Below, one piece after another: positions 12,531 through 25,236 of a stretch of 64,000 nt of DNA. The notes below the pieces were generated by a model. It was not told the origin of the DNA and did no database searches. It saw nothing but the letters and a program-made list of their open reading frames with translations. Each line of letters starts with the position of its first letter. Positions within the stretch are counted from its first letter, which is position 1. Source of the stretch: Octopus sinensis. Taxonomy: Eukaryota. A program made the position numbers and the translations under genes. The stretch is taken from the NCBI RefSeq assembly GCF_006345805.1, contig NC_043000.1:11904001-11968000 (forward strand), written 5' to 3'.

Positions 12531-12831
12531 GTTTGTTACTTCTCGAGCCACGCCTGGCTCATAAGGGCCGGCTTCCCGGTTTCCTTGGCGTATAGGTTCC
12601 CCACCTGGACGGGACGCCGGTCCGTCGCAGGTGAGCTGCAAGATGCAGAAGGAAAGAGTGAGAGAAAGTTGTGGCGAAAGAGTCAGCAGAAGTTCGCCAT
12701 TACTTTCTGCCGGAGCCACGTGGAGCTTAGGTGTTTTCGCTCATAAACACACACATCGCCCGGTCAGAGATTCGAACCCGCGATCCCTCGACCGCAAGCC
12801 CGCTGCTCTAACCACTAGGCCATGTGCCTCC
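12531..12831 (-). mobile_element. tRNA-headed SINE (C/D chimeric variant)
   Basis: TSD ACACTTTTTAAAT; body like family C, tail like the 9703 copy. Confidence 0.85.
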
Positions 12832-13064
12832 ACACTTTTTAAATACTATTTCCTGATAATATGTAATAGTAAAGATATAAGATTTTTTTTAACATCGAAT
12901 GGATAGTGGGGTGTCTACCGGAGTAAATTAAGAAGCAAAGGGGTCCATCGGTAAAAAAAATGATTGAGAACCACTGGGCTGTAACATTGACATCGACATT
13001 ACTGCCTTGAGTGGAAACAATTTCCATATGAGGGTTCTACAACAGAGTAAGCAATGAGTTACAC

Positions 13065-13425
13065 CAGGGGTTCTCAACCATCATTTTTTTTCATCTCTTG
13101 ACCCCTTTGATTACTATTTTATTCTGGCAAACCCCTATTGCCATTCAATGTTTAAAAGTTACTTTTATAGAAACTTTTTTTTCAAAATTCCTAGTTTGTT
13201 TTTCACACATTCTCTTGTGTAGGTTGAACTATGTAAAATGTTAGAGAAAGAAATCTGGCTGTTTCTTCCAATACATGCCAATACATACACCAAAAGCAAA
13301 AATTTTCAGAGTCCTTAAAATACTATTGTGGACCCGCCACCAATTTACTATTTTGTTGTATATATCCCACCCCAAGTCTCATACGGACTCGCAGGGGCCA
13401 CATGGACTCCGGTTGAGAACCACTA
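13065..13425. mobile_element. hAT (Charlie-like) MITE
   Basis: TIRs CAGGGGTTCTCAACC / GGTTGAGAACCACTA; 8-bp TSD AGTTACAC/AGTTAAAC; other copies at 25810-26161 and 12880-12976 (partial). Confidence 0.85.
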
Positions 13426-13880
13426 AGTTAAACTTTCTTTTGGAAATGTTTCCCTGAAGGTGAGCAATATCTCCATGGAGTAGGGATGGCCATCAAAAAC
13501 ACCTTTACTACCAAGTCTCACAGGAAGGAAAAAAATAGAACGGTTTGAATTAGTGAAAGTGTTCATGATCTTCCGATCCCAGCCCCCCCCCCGTCCCCCA
13601 ACCCCACCCTCAACAAAGAAATGCTTTGTCACTTTTCCCGCGGTACTTGTGCACCAACTTTGACATCTGAGAATGAGGCCAAGATATGCTATTTATCAGG
13701 TACTGAATAAAAAGCACTTTGACGGATTCCTGAGAGCATCAAGATACTCTTGCATGTGGCCTTCAACCCTTGAATAAGATATGGAGCAGAAGTAGAATAG
13801 GATATGGACAAGGCAAATGTAAATGTCAAGAGGCTCTTACTAAAGATATATATATATATATAATATATATATATATATAT

Positions 13881-14267
13881 AATTTCTTACTACCCACAAG
13901 GGGCTAAACACAGTGAGGACAAACAAGGACAGACAAACGGATTAAGTCGATTATATCGACCCCAGTGCGTAACTGGTACTTATTTAATCGACCCCGAAAG
14001 GATGAAAGGCAAAGTCGACCTCGACGGAATTTGAACTCAGAACGTAACGGCAGACGAAATACCTATTTCTTTATTACCCACAAGGGGCTAAACACAGAGA
14101 GGACAAACAAGGACAGACATAGGTATTAAGTCGATTACATCGACCCCAGTGCGTAACTGGTACTTAATTTATCGACCCCGAAAGGATGAAAGGCAAAGTC
14201 GACCTCAGCGGAATTTGAACTCACAACGTAACGCAGACGAAATACCGCTACACATTTCGCCCGGCGT
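13881..14267 (-). mobile_element. SINE family A tandem dimer
   Basis: Two head-to-tail units of about 180 bp. Confidence 0.9.
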
Positions 14268-14276
14268 GTGTGTGTG

Positions 14277-14316
<40 letters not shown>

Positions 14317-14434
14317 GAAAATAGAAAAGAGTGAAAAAACTACAGAAGGCTTGTTTTATAAGGTTAAAGAATATATTTAAGTCGTTATGTTAGAAGAATG
14401 TTATAAAATTTTGCATATAGTAACATAGTTTTTG

Positions 14435-14473
14435 GAGAAATTACCGGTTTCGTGTTAACTTTTCAAATTTCTC
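14435..14473 (-). ncRNA. Minimal type-I hammerhead ribozyme motif with mutated core
   Basis: GAGAAAT-TTGAAAA-GTTAACAC-GAAA-CCGG-TA-ATTTCTC; perfect 7-bp stem I; palindromic ACCGGT stem III; core differs from CTGAAGA at 2 positions. Confidence 0.65.
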
Positions 14474-14532
14474 AAATGTCTTTACACACACACACACACC
14501 ACACACCACACACACACATAATATATATATAT

Positions 14533-14604
<72 letters not shown>

Positions 14605-15108
14605 GTATGTAAAACAGTACTGGGAGAATAAGAAACGGAACGAAGCGAACGAATCGAATCGAACCCGACGCGAGGGCGCAGTCAAACAATAGTGTAATAA
14701 ATAAAATATATGCATACATACAAACATATATGTACGTACCTACATCTACATGTATATATACATGCATATATAAATATATATACACGTGAGTACAGGACAC
14801 CACAACAAGACGTAGAACTCAACGAGAAACGAAAACGGAAAAAACAATTTTTTTTACAACAGAAAAAACAGAGTACAGGACATACTATACAAGGAAAAAT
14901 CCCCTTTCATCAGCTGTCACTAGTTCGGCTCCAGCGTGTTTCGAAGGCAAGACAGGACACGACTCGCCAAACTAGTCCTTCCTGCGAGAGAATTAGAATA
15001 AAATTGCCTCGCAGAGGGATAAAAACAAGCAAGAAAAAAATGTATCACAAACAGGACGTAAAAACGATACAAATAAAAATACAAATAAAAATACAAGATA
15101 AAAAACAT

Positions 15109-15142
<34 letters not shown>

Positions 15143-15217
15143 TATATATATAATATATATATATATATATTATATATATATATATATACAAATATATATA
15201 CAAATATATATATATAT

Positions 15218-15252
<35 letters not shown>

Positions 15253-15280
15253 AATATATATACAATATATATATATATAT

Positions 15281-15328
<48 letters not shown>

Positions 15329-15408
15329 TATATACACACATATATATATATATATAATATATACACACCATATATATATATATATATACACCCACACACA
15401 TATATATA

Positions 15409-15446
<38 letters not shown>

Positions 15447-15483
15447 TATAGCATGCATATATGTACATACGTTTATATATATA

Positions 15484-15864
15484 CTAGCAGTATCGCCGGC
15501 GTTGCTCGGGTTTGTAAGGGAAATAACTATAAAGCATTTTTAGAGAGTCATAGCCAAAAAAATAGCAAAAAAAATGGGAAAAAAAATTATGGTAAATTTT
15601 TTTTGATAGTTAAAAGGTCGAGTTGCGTCCCCTAGACCATCTGTGGTTTGTGTTTCTGATTGTCGACCCCATGTCGAATTTATTGATCTTTTCAGAACTG
15701 GGGAACTTTTCAAAATTTTCGCTGCGTTAGTTTTGAATTATGACATTGGGCTATGTGTGTGTCAAGTTTCATCAGAATTGGTTGAAAGCCGTGGTCAGGG
15801 TGAGGGTACAACCAAACAGACACACAGAAACACACACAGACAAACTGCCGTTTATATATAGAGA
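15484..15864 (-). mobile_element. Non-autonomous Helitron
   Basis: 5' TC and 3' hairpin plus CTAG; 3' ~125 bp shared with the 26310 and 38929 copies. Confidence 0.8.
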
Positions 15865-15905
<41 letters not shown>

Positions 15906-16555
15906 TATGTGGGCACAAGACGTCATGAAACGTGTACAACAAAAATGTATGACGCACGAGTATATGGAACATGGACTATACTTTCGAACAACGAAAGACA
16001 CAAATGGAAAACAAAACAAACATAAAGAACGACCCTTCGCCAGTTGTTGGCTGTTTTTCTAGTCTCGTTTTCGAGCATTTAACAACAATATACGCTTTCG
16101 ATAAACAGTTGCTCCCGCAGAGCAAATTAAATACAATTTGGGATTTTGCGGAGGGTCAGAATAGGTAACACAAACAGGACAGTGAAAACAAACAGGAAGG
16201 GCTGCTAAGCCTAAACGTGGTTGTGGTGGCGAACGCGTAAATCAAGCAAGGGCAAGAGACACACGGGTGTGTATGATTGTATACAGAAGAATACATTACG
16301 CAGAGAACTCCAGCTTTGACATCCACGCTCCATTTACAATCTTACAATAATACAATATAAGACAAATTAAATATTCATTCTGATTGAACCAGCACTAAAC
16401 CATGCAATCTTCAGGTTCATGTCGTAGTGGTGGCAGTTACGTTTTACCATCTAGAACTGTGGCGAGATGGTCAAACCGTGTGCCTCACATACAATTGTAT
16501 AAACTCCAGAATGTTGACTTTTGCAAACTGTACGCCGACTAGTCATATTTATATA

Positions 16556-17103
16556 CGAGGGTGAGTCAAAAAGTAATGCCATTTTTTAGGACAGGTATAG
16601 TTACCAACTCAGGAACATGTATCATACATCGAAATAAAGCACATCCCTACTTCTCAACATAGTCACCGTTTCTCTCAATAGCAATGTTCCACCTTCGAAT
16701 GAGAGCATGTATCCCTGCCCCGTACAATTCTGTTGACTGTTCTTTGAGCCACTTCTTCACTACAGTTTTCATTTTCTCACCACTGGAATAATGTTTGCCT
16801 ATCAAAGCCTCTTTCATGGGACCAAAGAGATGATAGTCTCGTGACGATGATAGTCCAGTGAAGAGGAAATGAAAACTGTAGCAGAAAAGTGGCTCAAAGA
16901 ATAGTCAGCAGAATTTTACGGGGCAGGGATACATGCTCTCATTCGAAGGTGGAACATTGCTAATGAGAGAAACGGTGACTATGTTGAGGAGTAGGGATGT
17001 GATCCACAGAGGACATACTTCATTTTGATGTATGATACATGTTCCTGTGTTGGTAACTATATCTGTCCTAAACAAAATGGCATTACTTTTTGACTCACCT
17101 TTG
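16556..17103. mobile_element. Fold-back mariner derivative (two inverted 3' ends)
   Basis: TIRs CGAGGGTGAGTCAAAAAGTAATGCCATTTT; TA TSD; arm translates DYHLFGPMKEAL...IHALIRRWNIAIERNGDYVEK*. Confidence 0.9.
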
Positions 17104-17174
<71 letters not shown>

Positions 17175-17244
17175 TATGTGTGTGTGTGTGCATGTGTGTA
17201 ACTATATATGTACGTATGCACACACACACATATATATAAACTTT

Positions 17245-17645
17245 TATTTTTACTTGCTTCAGTCATTTGACTGCAGCCATGCTGGAGCACCGCCTTAAAG
17301 GGATTTAGTCGAATCAAATCGATCCCAGGACTTATTCTTTGTAAGCCTAGCACTTATTCTATCGGTCCCTTTTGCCGAACCGCTGTCTTACGGGGAACAT
17401 AAACACACCAGCATCGGTTATCAAGGGATAGCGAGAAGACGAAAACACGCGCACGCACACACACACATGCACACACACACACACACACAACTGGTTTCTT
17501 CCCGTTTCCGTCTACCAAATCCACTCACAAGGCCTTGGTCGGTTGAGGCTAAAGTAGAAGACACTTGCCTAAGGAGCCATGCAGCGGAACTGAACCCGGA
17601 ACCATGTGGTTGGGAAACAAGCTACTTACCACACAGTCATACATG
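17245..17645 (-). mobile_element. SINE family B
   Basis: Homologous to 22011-22421. Confidence 0.85.
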
Positions 17646-17720
17646 TACATACATACATACATACATACATACATACATGCATACATACACACATATATAA
17701 TATATATATATTATATATAT

Positions 17721-17950
17721 ATTTCTTTACTACCCACAAGGGGCTAAACACAGAGGGGACAAACAAGGCCAGACAAACGAATTAAGTCGATTACATCGAC
17801 CCCAGTGCGTAACTGGTACTTAATATATCGACCCCGAGAGGATGAAAGGCAAAGTCGACCTCGGCGGAATTTGAACTCAGAACGTAACGGCTGACGAAAC
17901 ACCGCTAAGCATTTCGCCCGGCGTGCTAACGTTTCTGCCAGCTCGCCGCC
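17721..17950 (-). mobile_element. SINE family A
   Basis: Full-length reverse-complement copy. Confidence 0.9.
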
Positions 17951-18114
17951 TTATTGTATATGTTATATACTGTATGCATGCATGTATGTATGTATATATG
18001 TATGCATGTATGTATGTATGTATATCACGCCCATATATACATCCATGCAGATCGTATATAGACTCGTGTATAAAAAGGCAAATAGAAGCACACTTAGAGA
18101 CGTAGGTAAATGAA

Positions 18115-19240
18115 ACAGAGGAGAGAGAGAGAGAAAGAGAGAAAGAGAAAGAGGAAGAGAGAGAGAGGAGAAAGAGGGAAAAGAGAGAGAGAGAGAGAGG
18201 AAGAGAAGAGAAAGAGGGAAGAGGGAGGAAGGAGAAGAGAGAGAGAGAGAGAGAGAGAGAAAGAGGAAAGAAAGAGAGAGAGAGAAAGAGGAAGAGGAAG
18301 AGAGAGAGAAAGAGCTGCATCAACAGAGGGGAGAGTGAGGCTTGGAGAGCGATGGAGAGAGAGAGAGCGCTGGAGGGAGAGGGAGATAGAGAAAGATAAA
18401 TGGAGAGAGGTGGGGGTTGGAAGGATTGAGGGGAAAAGGTGGGGTGGTGGTGGTGGTGGTGGGGTGTGGTGGTGGTGGTGGTGGTGGTGGTGGTAGTGGT
18501 GGTGATAGTGGTGATGGTGGTGGTGGTGGTGGTGGAGGTGATAGTGGTGATAGTGGTGATGGTGGTGGTGGTGGTGGTGGTGGCGGCAAATGAGACAGCA
18601 TGCATAGAGAGTTTAATTAAAGGGGTGGTGGGTGGTTGGGGGGTTGGTGTTCTGTAGTAGGGGTCGCAGCACCAGCAGCAGCAGCAGTAGCAATAGTTGT
18701 AGTAGTAGTAATGATGATGTAGTGGTGATGGTAGTGGGGGTGGAGGTGACGCCGGTGGCGGTGGTGGTGGTGATGGTTGTGGTGGTGGTGGAGATGCTAG
18801 TGGCGGCGGTAGTAGTGGTGATAGTGGTGGCGGTGGCAACGGTAGTGGTAGTGGCGGCGGTGGTGGTGATGGTTGTGGTGGTGGAGGTGCTTGTGGCGGT
18901 AGTAGTGGTGATAGTGGTGGCGGTGGCAACGGTAGTGGTAGTGGCGGCGGTGGTGGTGGTGGTGGTGGCGGTGGTGGTGGTGATGGTTGTGGTGGTTGAG
19001 GTGCTAGTGGCGGTAGTAGTGGTGATAGTGGTGGCGGTGGCAACGGTAGTGGTAGTGGCGGCGGTGGTGGTGGTGGTGGCGGTGGCAACGGTAGTGGTAG
19101 TGGCGGCGGTGGTGGTGGTGGTGGTGGTGGTGGTAGCGATGGTGGTGATGGTTGTGGTGGTGGAGGTGCTAGTGGCGGCGGTTAGTAGTGGTGATAGTGG
19201 TGGCGGTGGCAACGGTAGTGGGTAGTGGTGGCGGTGGTGG
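18115..19240. repeat. (GA)n and (GGT)n low-complexity region including a ~100-bp tandem unit (18760-19240)
   Basis: GTGATGGTTGTGGTGGTGGAGGTGCTAGTGGCGG...GGCAACGG repeated 4-5 times. Confidence 0.9.
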
Positions 19241-19260
19241 GTATATATATATATATATAT

Positions 19261-19440
19261 AGAAGGAGCTTCTACAGGACTAGAACTGTTTCATTCAAGA
19301 GAAATCTTCAGGAAGATTTCTCTTGAATGAAACAGTTCTAGTCCTGTAGAAGCTCCTTCTATATAATAAATTAATTTTACTCTGCTATGTATTGAGTACC
19401 TTATTTACTGTGGTTAACCCCGAATCAACCCGGGACCTAC
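19261..19440. mobile_element. Perfect 49-bp-arm palindrome with an HHR core at the apex, inside (TA)n
   Basis: Arms 19261-19309 and 19312-19360; minus strand 19311-19283 reads CTGAAGA-TTTCTCTTGAAT-GAAA-CAGTTC. Confidence 0.65.
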
Positions 19441-20055
19441 ATATATATATATATATATATATATATAGTAGTGTAAACCTTCGAATAAGACCAATGCTAT
19501 CACCACCACCACCACCACCACCATCACCACCATCACCACTACCACTACCACTGCTGCTGCTACATTGTTCTTTAACCCGTCACCTCCAGGCACCAACCGC
19601 CCCTTTAATTAAGCTCCGTATCTACGTTGTCTTAGTTTTTAGCCCGATTCCCCCCCTCCTCCTCACATCTCATTCTCCCCCCACCACTCATTCCCTCTCT
19701 GTCTCTCACTCCCTCCCTCTCTCTCTCTCTTTCTCCCTCTCTCTAACGCCATTGTAGAACAGTGGGCAGTGTTGTGTATATGGGTGGTCTATGGGGGGGA
19801 AAAAGGTTGTTCTTTGCTATTGGCGGAGGTGGAGGTGGTGATACGGATAACGGTGGTGGAGGTGGTCGTGGTAATGGTGTTGGTGTTGGCGGTGCTAGTG
19901 GTGGCAATCATAGTGGTCGTAGTGATGGTGATCGTGGTAGTGGTGGTGGTAGATTGTCCAGTGGCGATGGCATGATTTTCTTTGTTTAGCCCTCAGACCA
20001 ATTCCGGTTAAGCAAACTCTCTCAAAGACGGCCCAACACTGACCATCTTATCCTT

Positions 20056-20405
20056 TTACTCTTTTACTTGTTTCAGTCACTTGCCCGCGGCCATGCTGGA
20101 GCACCGCCTTTGGTCGAGTAAATCGCCCCCACGACTTATTTTATCGGTCTCTTGCCGAACCGCTAAGTTACGGGAACGTAAGCACACCAGCATCGGTTGA
20201 CAAGCGATGTTGGGGGGACAAACACATACACACACATATATACGACGGGCTTCTTTCAGTTTCCGTCTACCAAATCCACTCACAAGGCTTTGGTCGGCCC
20301 GAGGCTATAGTAGAAGGCACTTGCCCAAGGTGCCACGCAGTGGGACTGAACCCAGAACCATGTGGTTGGTAAGCAAGCTTCTTACCACACAGCCACTCCT
20401 GCGCC
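20056..20405 (-). mobile_element. SINE family B
   Basis: Homologous to 22011-22421. Confidence 0.9.
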
Positions 20406-21171
20406 TAAAACTCAGAAGCTAGTCCTATATATTATCTTACGTGACAATAACTTTATAACTCTGAGGGAATTCTGGCTGCTGTTTCTAGCAGTCTAGGCAA
20501 CCACGTACTAGTCATGATAGTTGTGTTGCTGTTTAGCCCTAGGTTAGCCCTGTCGTAGAGAACCTAAAATGAATCATGACAATCTGGTCCTTCTCTAGAA
20601 TTATATATTATCCCTCTAGTTCCAATGCAAATTTGGCTGCTATTTCTATATCTCGAGCAACTACATATATTATTCCTGTGGTGGTTGTTTAACCCCAGGT
20701 CATCTTTGTTTTCGTAGACGTATGATCAACGACATTCCATCCATGATGATCTCTCCTTCAGAACAACATATCTTTCCTTTATCCAAGGGAAATCTGGCTG
20801 CTATTTCAAGTATGTCGGGCAACCACATAGACACTCCTGCGTTGACACGCTGTGGTGATGATGATTGTTGCTCTGTCTTGGTAGATCTGCAATCCACGAC
20901 ATTCCAGCCATGACAATACAGTCATTGTCTAAGTACTCCAGGCAATCTTTCGGTACAAGTCTATGTTGTCATGAGTGAGTGCGTGACATTGTCTTTCATC
21001 TACTCGACAAAGCTGAATGGTCAAATACACTCGCACACACATTCACTCACGACTGACGTCATGTACTAATACCGAAATATTGCCCTGTCTGTCTCTCCGC
21101 ACCCCCCTCCCCCTCTGTGACCTCGTGTGTACCGTTGACGATTCTTTTTCCTCTGTCTTCCCTTCTCCTAT

Positions 21172-21206
21172 GTTTCCGACGAAGAGCTCCGCTCGAAACG
21201 TTAAAC
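21172..21206 (+). ncRNA. Minimal type-I hammerhead ribozyme motif
   Basis: GTTT-CCGACGA-A-GAGC-TCC-GCTC-GAA-ACGT-T-AAAC; second copy at 37731; lies in a repeat spanning about 21117-21305. Confidence 0.6.
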
Positions 21207-22010
21207 CCTCCTTTCCTTCTTTCCTGAGCGTCCAATAATACTATATTTGTTCCACGTCCTCGCGTTGTTGTGTTTTTTTGTGCTTTCTTGTTTGGATTAA
21301 CTTTATATATATATTCCCTCCATTTTCAAGGGAAATTTGATTATTTCAAATATGTCGGGCAGCAGCCCTTATATTACTCCTGCTGTTATGGTGTTAAAGG
21401 TTGTTGTTGTTGTTGTTGCTGTTGTTTGACCGCAGGTCATCCTTATCTTAGTAGATTTATGGTCAACAGCATACCACCCTTGGCGGTCTGTCCTCTTCTA
21501 GGAGACTACATATTATTCCTCTCTTTTCTAGAGAAATTTGGCTGCTATTCTAGTAGGTCGGGTAACTACGTAGATACTCCTGCGGTGATGTGTTCCATAG
21601 GTGATAGCGAAAATAGTTGTTGCTGTTGTTGTTGTTGGTGGTGGTGGTGTTTAACTCCAGGTCAGTTCTGTCTTAGTAGATCTAAGACCAATGGCACTCC
21701 GGCCATGACCACCTCTCCTTCTACAGAACAATACATTATCCTTCCATTTTAAAAGGGAAATTTAGCTTTTTCTAACAGGCTGAGCAACCATGTAGGACGT
21801 GAATGACGTCTAGTAATACCGAAAGATTCCCCGACGTAGATACTCCTGAGGTTATTAAAAATTGTTATTCCATCGAGGTCGACTTTACCTTTCATCCTTT
21901 GGAAATCGATAAAATAAGTACCAGTTAAACACTGGGGTCCATGTAATCGACTTGTCCCTTCCCCCAAATTTCAGGTCTTGTGCCTATAGTAGAAAGGGTT
22001 AATAGTTATA

Positions 22011-22421
22011 GGCGCAGGAGTGGCTGTGTGGTAAGTAGCTTGCTAACCAGCCACATGGTTCCGGGTTCAGTCCCACTGCGTGGCACTTTGGGCAAGTGTC
22101 TTCTACTATAGCCTCGGGCCGACCAAAGCTTTGTGAGTGGATTTGGTAGACGGAAACTGAAAGAAGCCTGTCGTATATATGTGTATATGTGTGTGTGTGT
22201 ATATATATGTTTGTGTGTCTGTTTATCCCCCCCCCCAACATCGCTTGACAACCGATGCTGGTGTATTGACGTCCTCGTAACTTAGCGGTTCGGCAAAAGA
22301 GAACCGTTAGAATAAGTACTGGGCTTACAAAGAATAAGTCCTGGGGTCGATTTGCTCGACTAAAGGCGGTGCTCCAGCATGGCCGCAGTCAAATGACTGA
22401 ATCAAGTAAAAGAGTAAAGAG
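22011..22421 (+). mobile_element. SINE family B (GGCGCAGGAGTGGCTGTGTGGTAAG head, internal (TG)n)
   Basis: About 20 copies in the window; B-box-like GGTTCAGTCCC; AAAGAGT tail repeats. Confidence 0.92.
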
Positions 22422-23091
22422 TTGTTATTGCTGTTTAACCGTAAGTCAGACCTGCCTTAACATATCTGTAATCAAATATATTCCAGCCATGACTATCCAC
22501 GCCCTTCTTCTTCGAGGACAATATTTTAACCCGCCATTTTCCAAGAGAAATTTCGTTACTATTTCTGATATGTAAAGGCAGCCACGCATATATTTCTGAG
22601 ATAGTGATAATAATTATTGTTGTTATTGTTATTGTTGTTGCTGTTGCTGTTGTTTTTTTAACCTCAGGTCAGCTTTGGTTTAGCGGCTCTGTGATCAAAT
22701 ATCCGGTCCTTCTCCAAGGCAAGATATTATCCCTCCAATTTTAAAGGAAATTTGGTCGTTGTTTCTGACATGTCGGGCAGCCATGAATGTATTATTGAGG
22801 CAGTGATAATGATTGTTGTTACTGTTGTTATTGCTGCTGCTGCAGTTTTTTAACCTTAGGTCAGCTTTGTTTTAGCGGGCCCTATGATCAAATACGTTCC
22901 AGCCATCTCGCCCTTGTCTAGGGCGACATATCGTCCCTGCATTTTTAAAAGTAATTTGGCTGCTATTTCTAGCACGTCGAGTGACCTCACATATAGGTAG
23001 AGAGACTCCCTTACGTGTGTGGTTCGGGCTTCCCGGCGTGTAGAGGTGAGAGTAGAGTGTACTGCTGTGGAAGGTGTCGCTGATATGTAAT

Positions 23092-23126
<35 letters not shown>

Positions 23127-23327
23127 CTTTGGTGAGTGTTGTTGGAGGTGATATGGGGAAGGAGGGTGGAGAGAGTTATTTCCTTCTCCGTCGTTTCTTG
23201 TTTGTTCTTGTCTTTTTTTTCTTTTGTATTTCTCTCACCAACTGCTCCTCCCCCCACCCCTCACACTCCAACCTCGCTGCAATACTCACCTCAATTACTC
23301 ACCATCGCAACTCGACTCTTAATTCCT

Positions 23328-23469
23328 ACCACCACCACCACACCACTTCCACCACTACCACTACCACAACTACTACTACTACCACCACTACTACCACCAT
23401 CATCCTCACCACCACGACTCTTAATTCCTACCACCACCACCACCACTACTACTACCACTACTACTACTA

Positions 23470-23509
<40 letters not shown>

Positions 23510-23617
23510 CACCACCACCACTACCACTACTACTACCACTACTACTACTACTACTACCACCACCACCACCACCACCACTACCACTACTACTACCACTACT
23601 ACTACTACTACTACTAC

Positions 23618-23652
<35 letters not shown>

Positions 23653-23970
23653 CACCACCACCACCACCACCACTACCATCATCCTCACCACCACCGCCTC
23701 CGCCGCTGCTGCAACCGGCGTCACCACCATTATTCACCACCACTACCACCGTTTCCACCACCATCGCCGCCGCCACCACCGCCGCCACCGCCGCCGCTAC
23801 CACCGCCGCAGCCGCCGTCGCCGTCACCACTGCCGCCACCGACACCACCACCATCGCCACCACCACCACCACCACAGCCGCCATCACAGCCGCCGCCACT
23901 GCCGCCACCGATACCACCACCACCGCCACAGTCGCCTCCACCACCGCTACTACCGCCACCATCGCCACCT
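23328..23970. repeat. (ACC)n/(ACT)n/(GCC)n trinucleotide array
   Basis: Direct. Confidence 0.95.
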
Positions 23971-24250
23971 ATAAGGTAACCTCTGAGTGAACACTAAGCC
24001 TGTAAGAAGTAGCAGCCAATTTTCCCTCAAATCACACTTTACTATTTTGATAACAAGAAAACATCAGCTTAAGGTAGTCCCAGATAAACTTAGACTGAAA
24101 AAAAAAGAAAAAGAAAAAAATAGTCTATTGGTTGACTGGAACTGGAGTGTATTTCATCAGAGGTATGCTAGAGGAAGCCTGACCGGGGTCAACAACAACA
24201 AACAACAACAACAACAATAATAACAACAACAACTACAACAGCAACAACAA
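23965..24250 (+). mobile_element. Family E retroposon copy with (CAA)n tail
   Basis: AGCAGCCAATTTTCCCTCAAATCACAC ... CTGACCGGGGTCAACAACAAC. Confidence 0.65.
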
Positions 24251-24960
24251 CACTGTTATCAACAATATAATTACTATTACAAACAGCCACCACCACAACC
24301 ATCACCACCACTACCATCGCGGTGACCACCATCGCCATCACCAACACTACCACCACCTCCACCGCCACTACCTCTACCACCAGCACCACCATCATCACCA
24401 CCACAAAGTTATTACCACCGAAACTCCCGCCAACGCGAATGCTTTCTTATCCACCCCCCACTCATCACTAACATTACAAGCCACCACCACTACAAACACC
24501 ACCTCCACCAATCACCACAATCATCATCACTACCAACGTCTCCACCACCGCCGCCGCCAACATCAGCACGATCACCGCCCTCCCCACAATCCAGCACAAT
24601 TACCATCACCGCCTCCGTCGCTGCCACCAACAGCAGTAATCACCACCACCAACATCACCACCGTCACCATCGCCAACACCACCACCAGCCGGCCGGTGCA
24701 AGAAAGGAAAGAGGGGCCTCCACCTTATTCCCTGGGAAGGCCTGAAAGTAACCCCGTTCCGCTTTGCAAAATTTCTCTCGGAGAAATAAGTTACGGCCAT
24801 CACACCTTTGATCATAAGCCTGTACAACTGGGTTGAGCTTGGGTGGCGGAGGTGATGGTAGTGATAGCGGTTCTAAACACTATCAATAATAATAACAAAA
24901 CCTTTACTACTAACTACTACTACTACTACTACTACTACAAGTCACCAGCAAAACCATCTC

Positions 24961-25173
24961 TTTACTCTTTACTCTCTTTTACTTGTTTCAGTCATTTGAC
25001 TGCAGCCATGCTGGAGCACCGCCTTTAATCGAGCAACTCGACCCCGGGACTCATTCTTTTTGTAAGCCCAGTACTTATTCTATCGGTCTCTTTTGCCGAA
25101 CCGCTAAGTAACGGGGACATAAACACACCAGCATCGGTTGTCAAGCAATGCTAGGGAGACAAACACAGACACA

Positions 25174-25236
<63 letters not shown>

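Larger units (their letters stand above)
19983..23010 (-). mobile_element. Cluster of about 8 degenerate same-orientation copies of a (CAA)n-tailed retroposon (family E)
   Basis: Recurrent GTTTAACCCCAGGTCAG...TTCCAGCCATGAC...GGAAATTTGGCTGCTATTTCTAGCAGGTCGAGCAACCACGTAG units separated by (TTG)n; opposite-strand copies at 23965-24250 and 40365-40565. Confidence 0.75.

Noticed and set aside
14975-15020. Twister-like GAGGG ending
   Set aside because: No UAA cleavage loop or UCCC/AAGC L4; a simple hairpin
17877-19225. Poly-Pro (formin/extensin-like) and poly-Thr (mucin-like) ORFs
   Set aside because: (GGT)n and (GA)n microsatellites running into a SINE; no domain or splice support
22962-22973. 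GCTAGAAATAGC (minus strand), identical to an sgRNA scaffold hairpin
   Set aside because: A 12-nt GNRA hairpin inside retroposon family E; coincidental
23093-23990. His/Tyr/Thr-rich ORFs
   Set aside because: Trinucleotide repeats open in multiple frames
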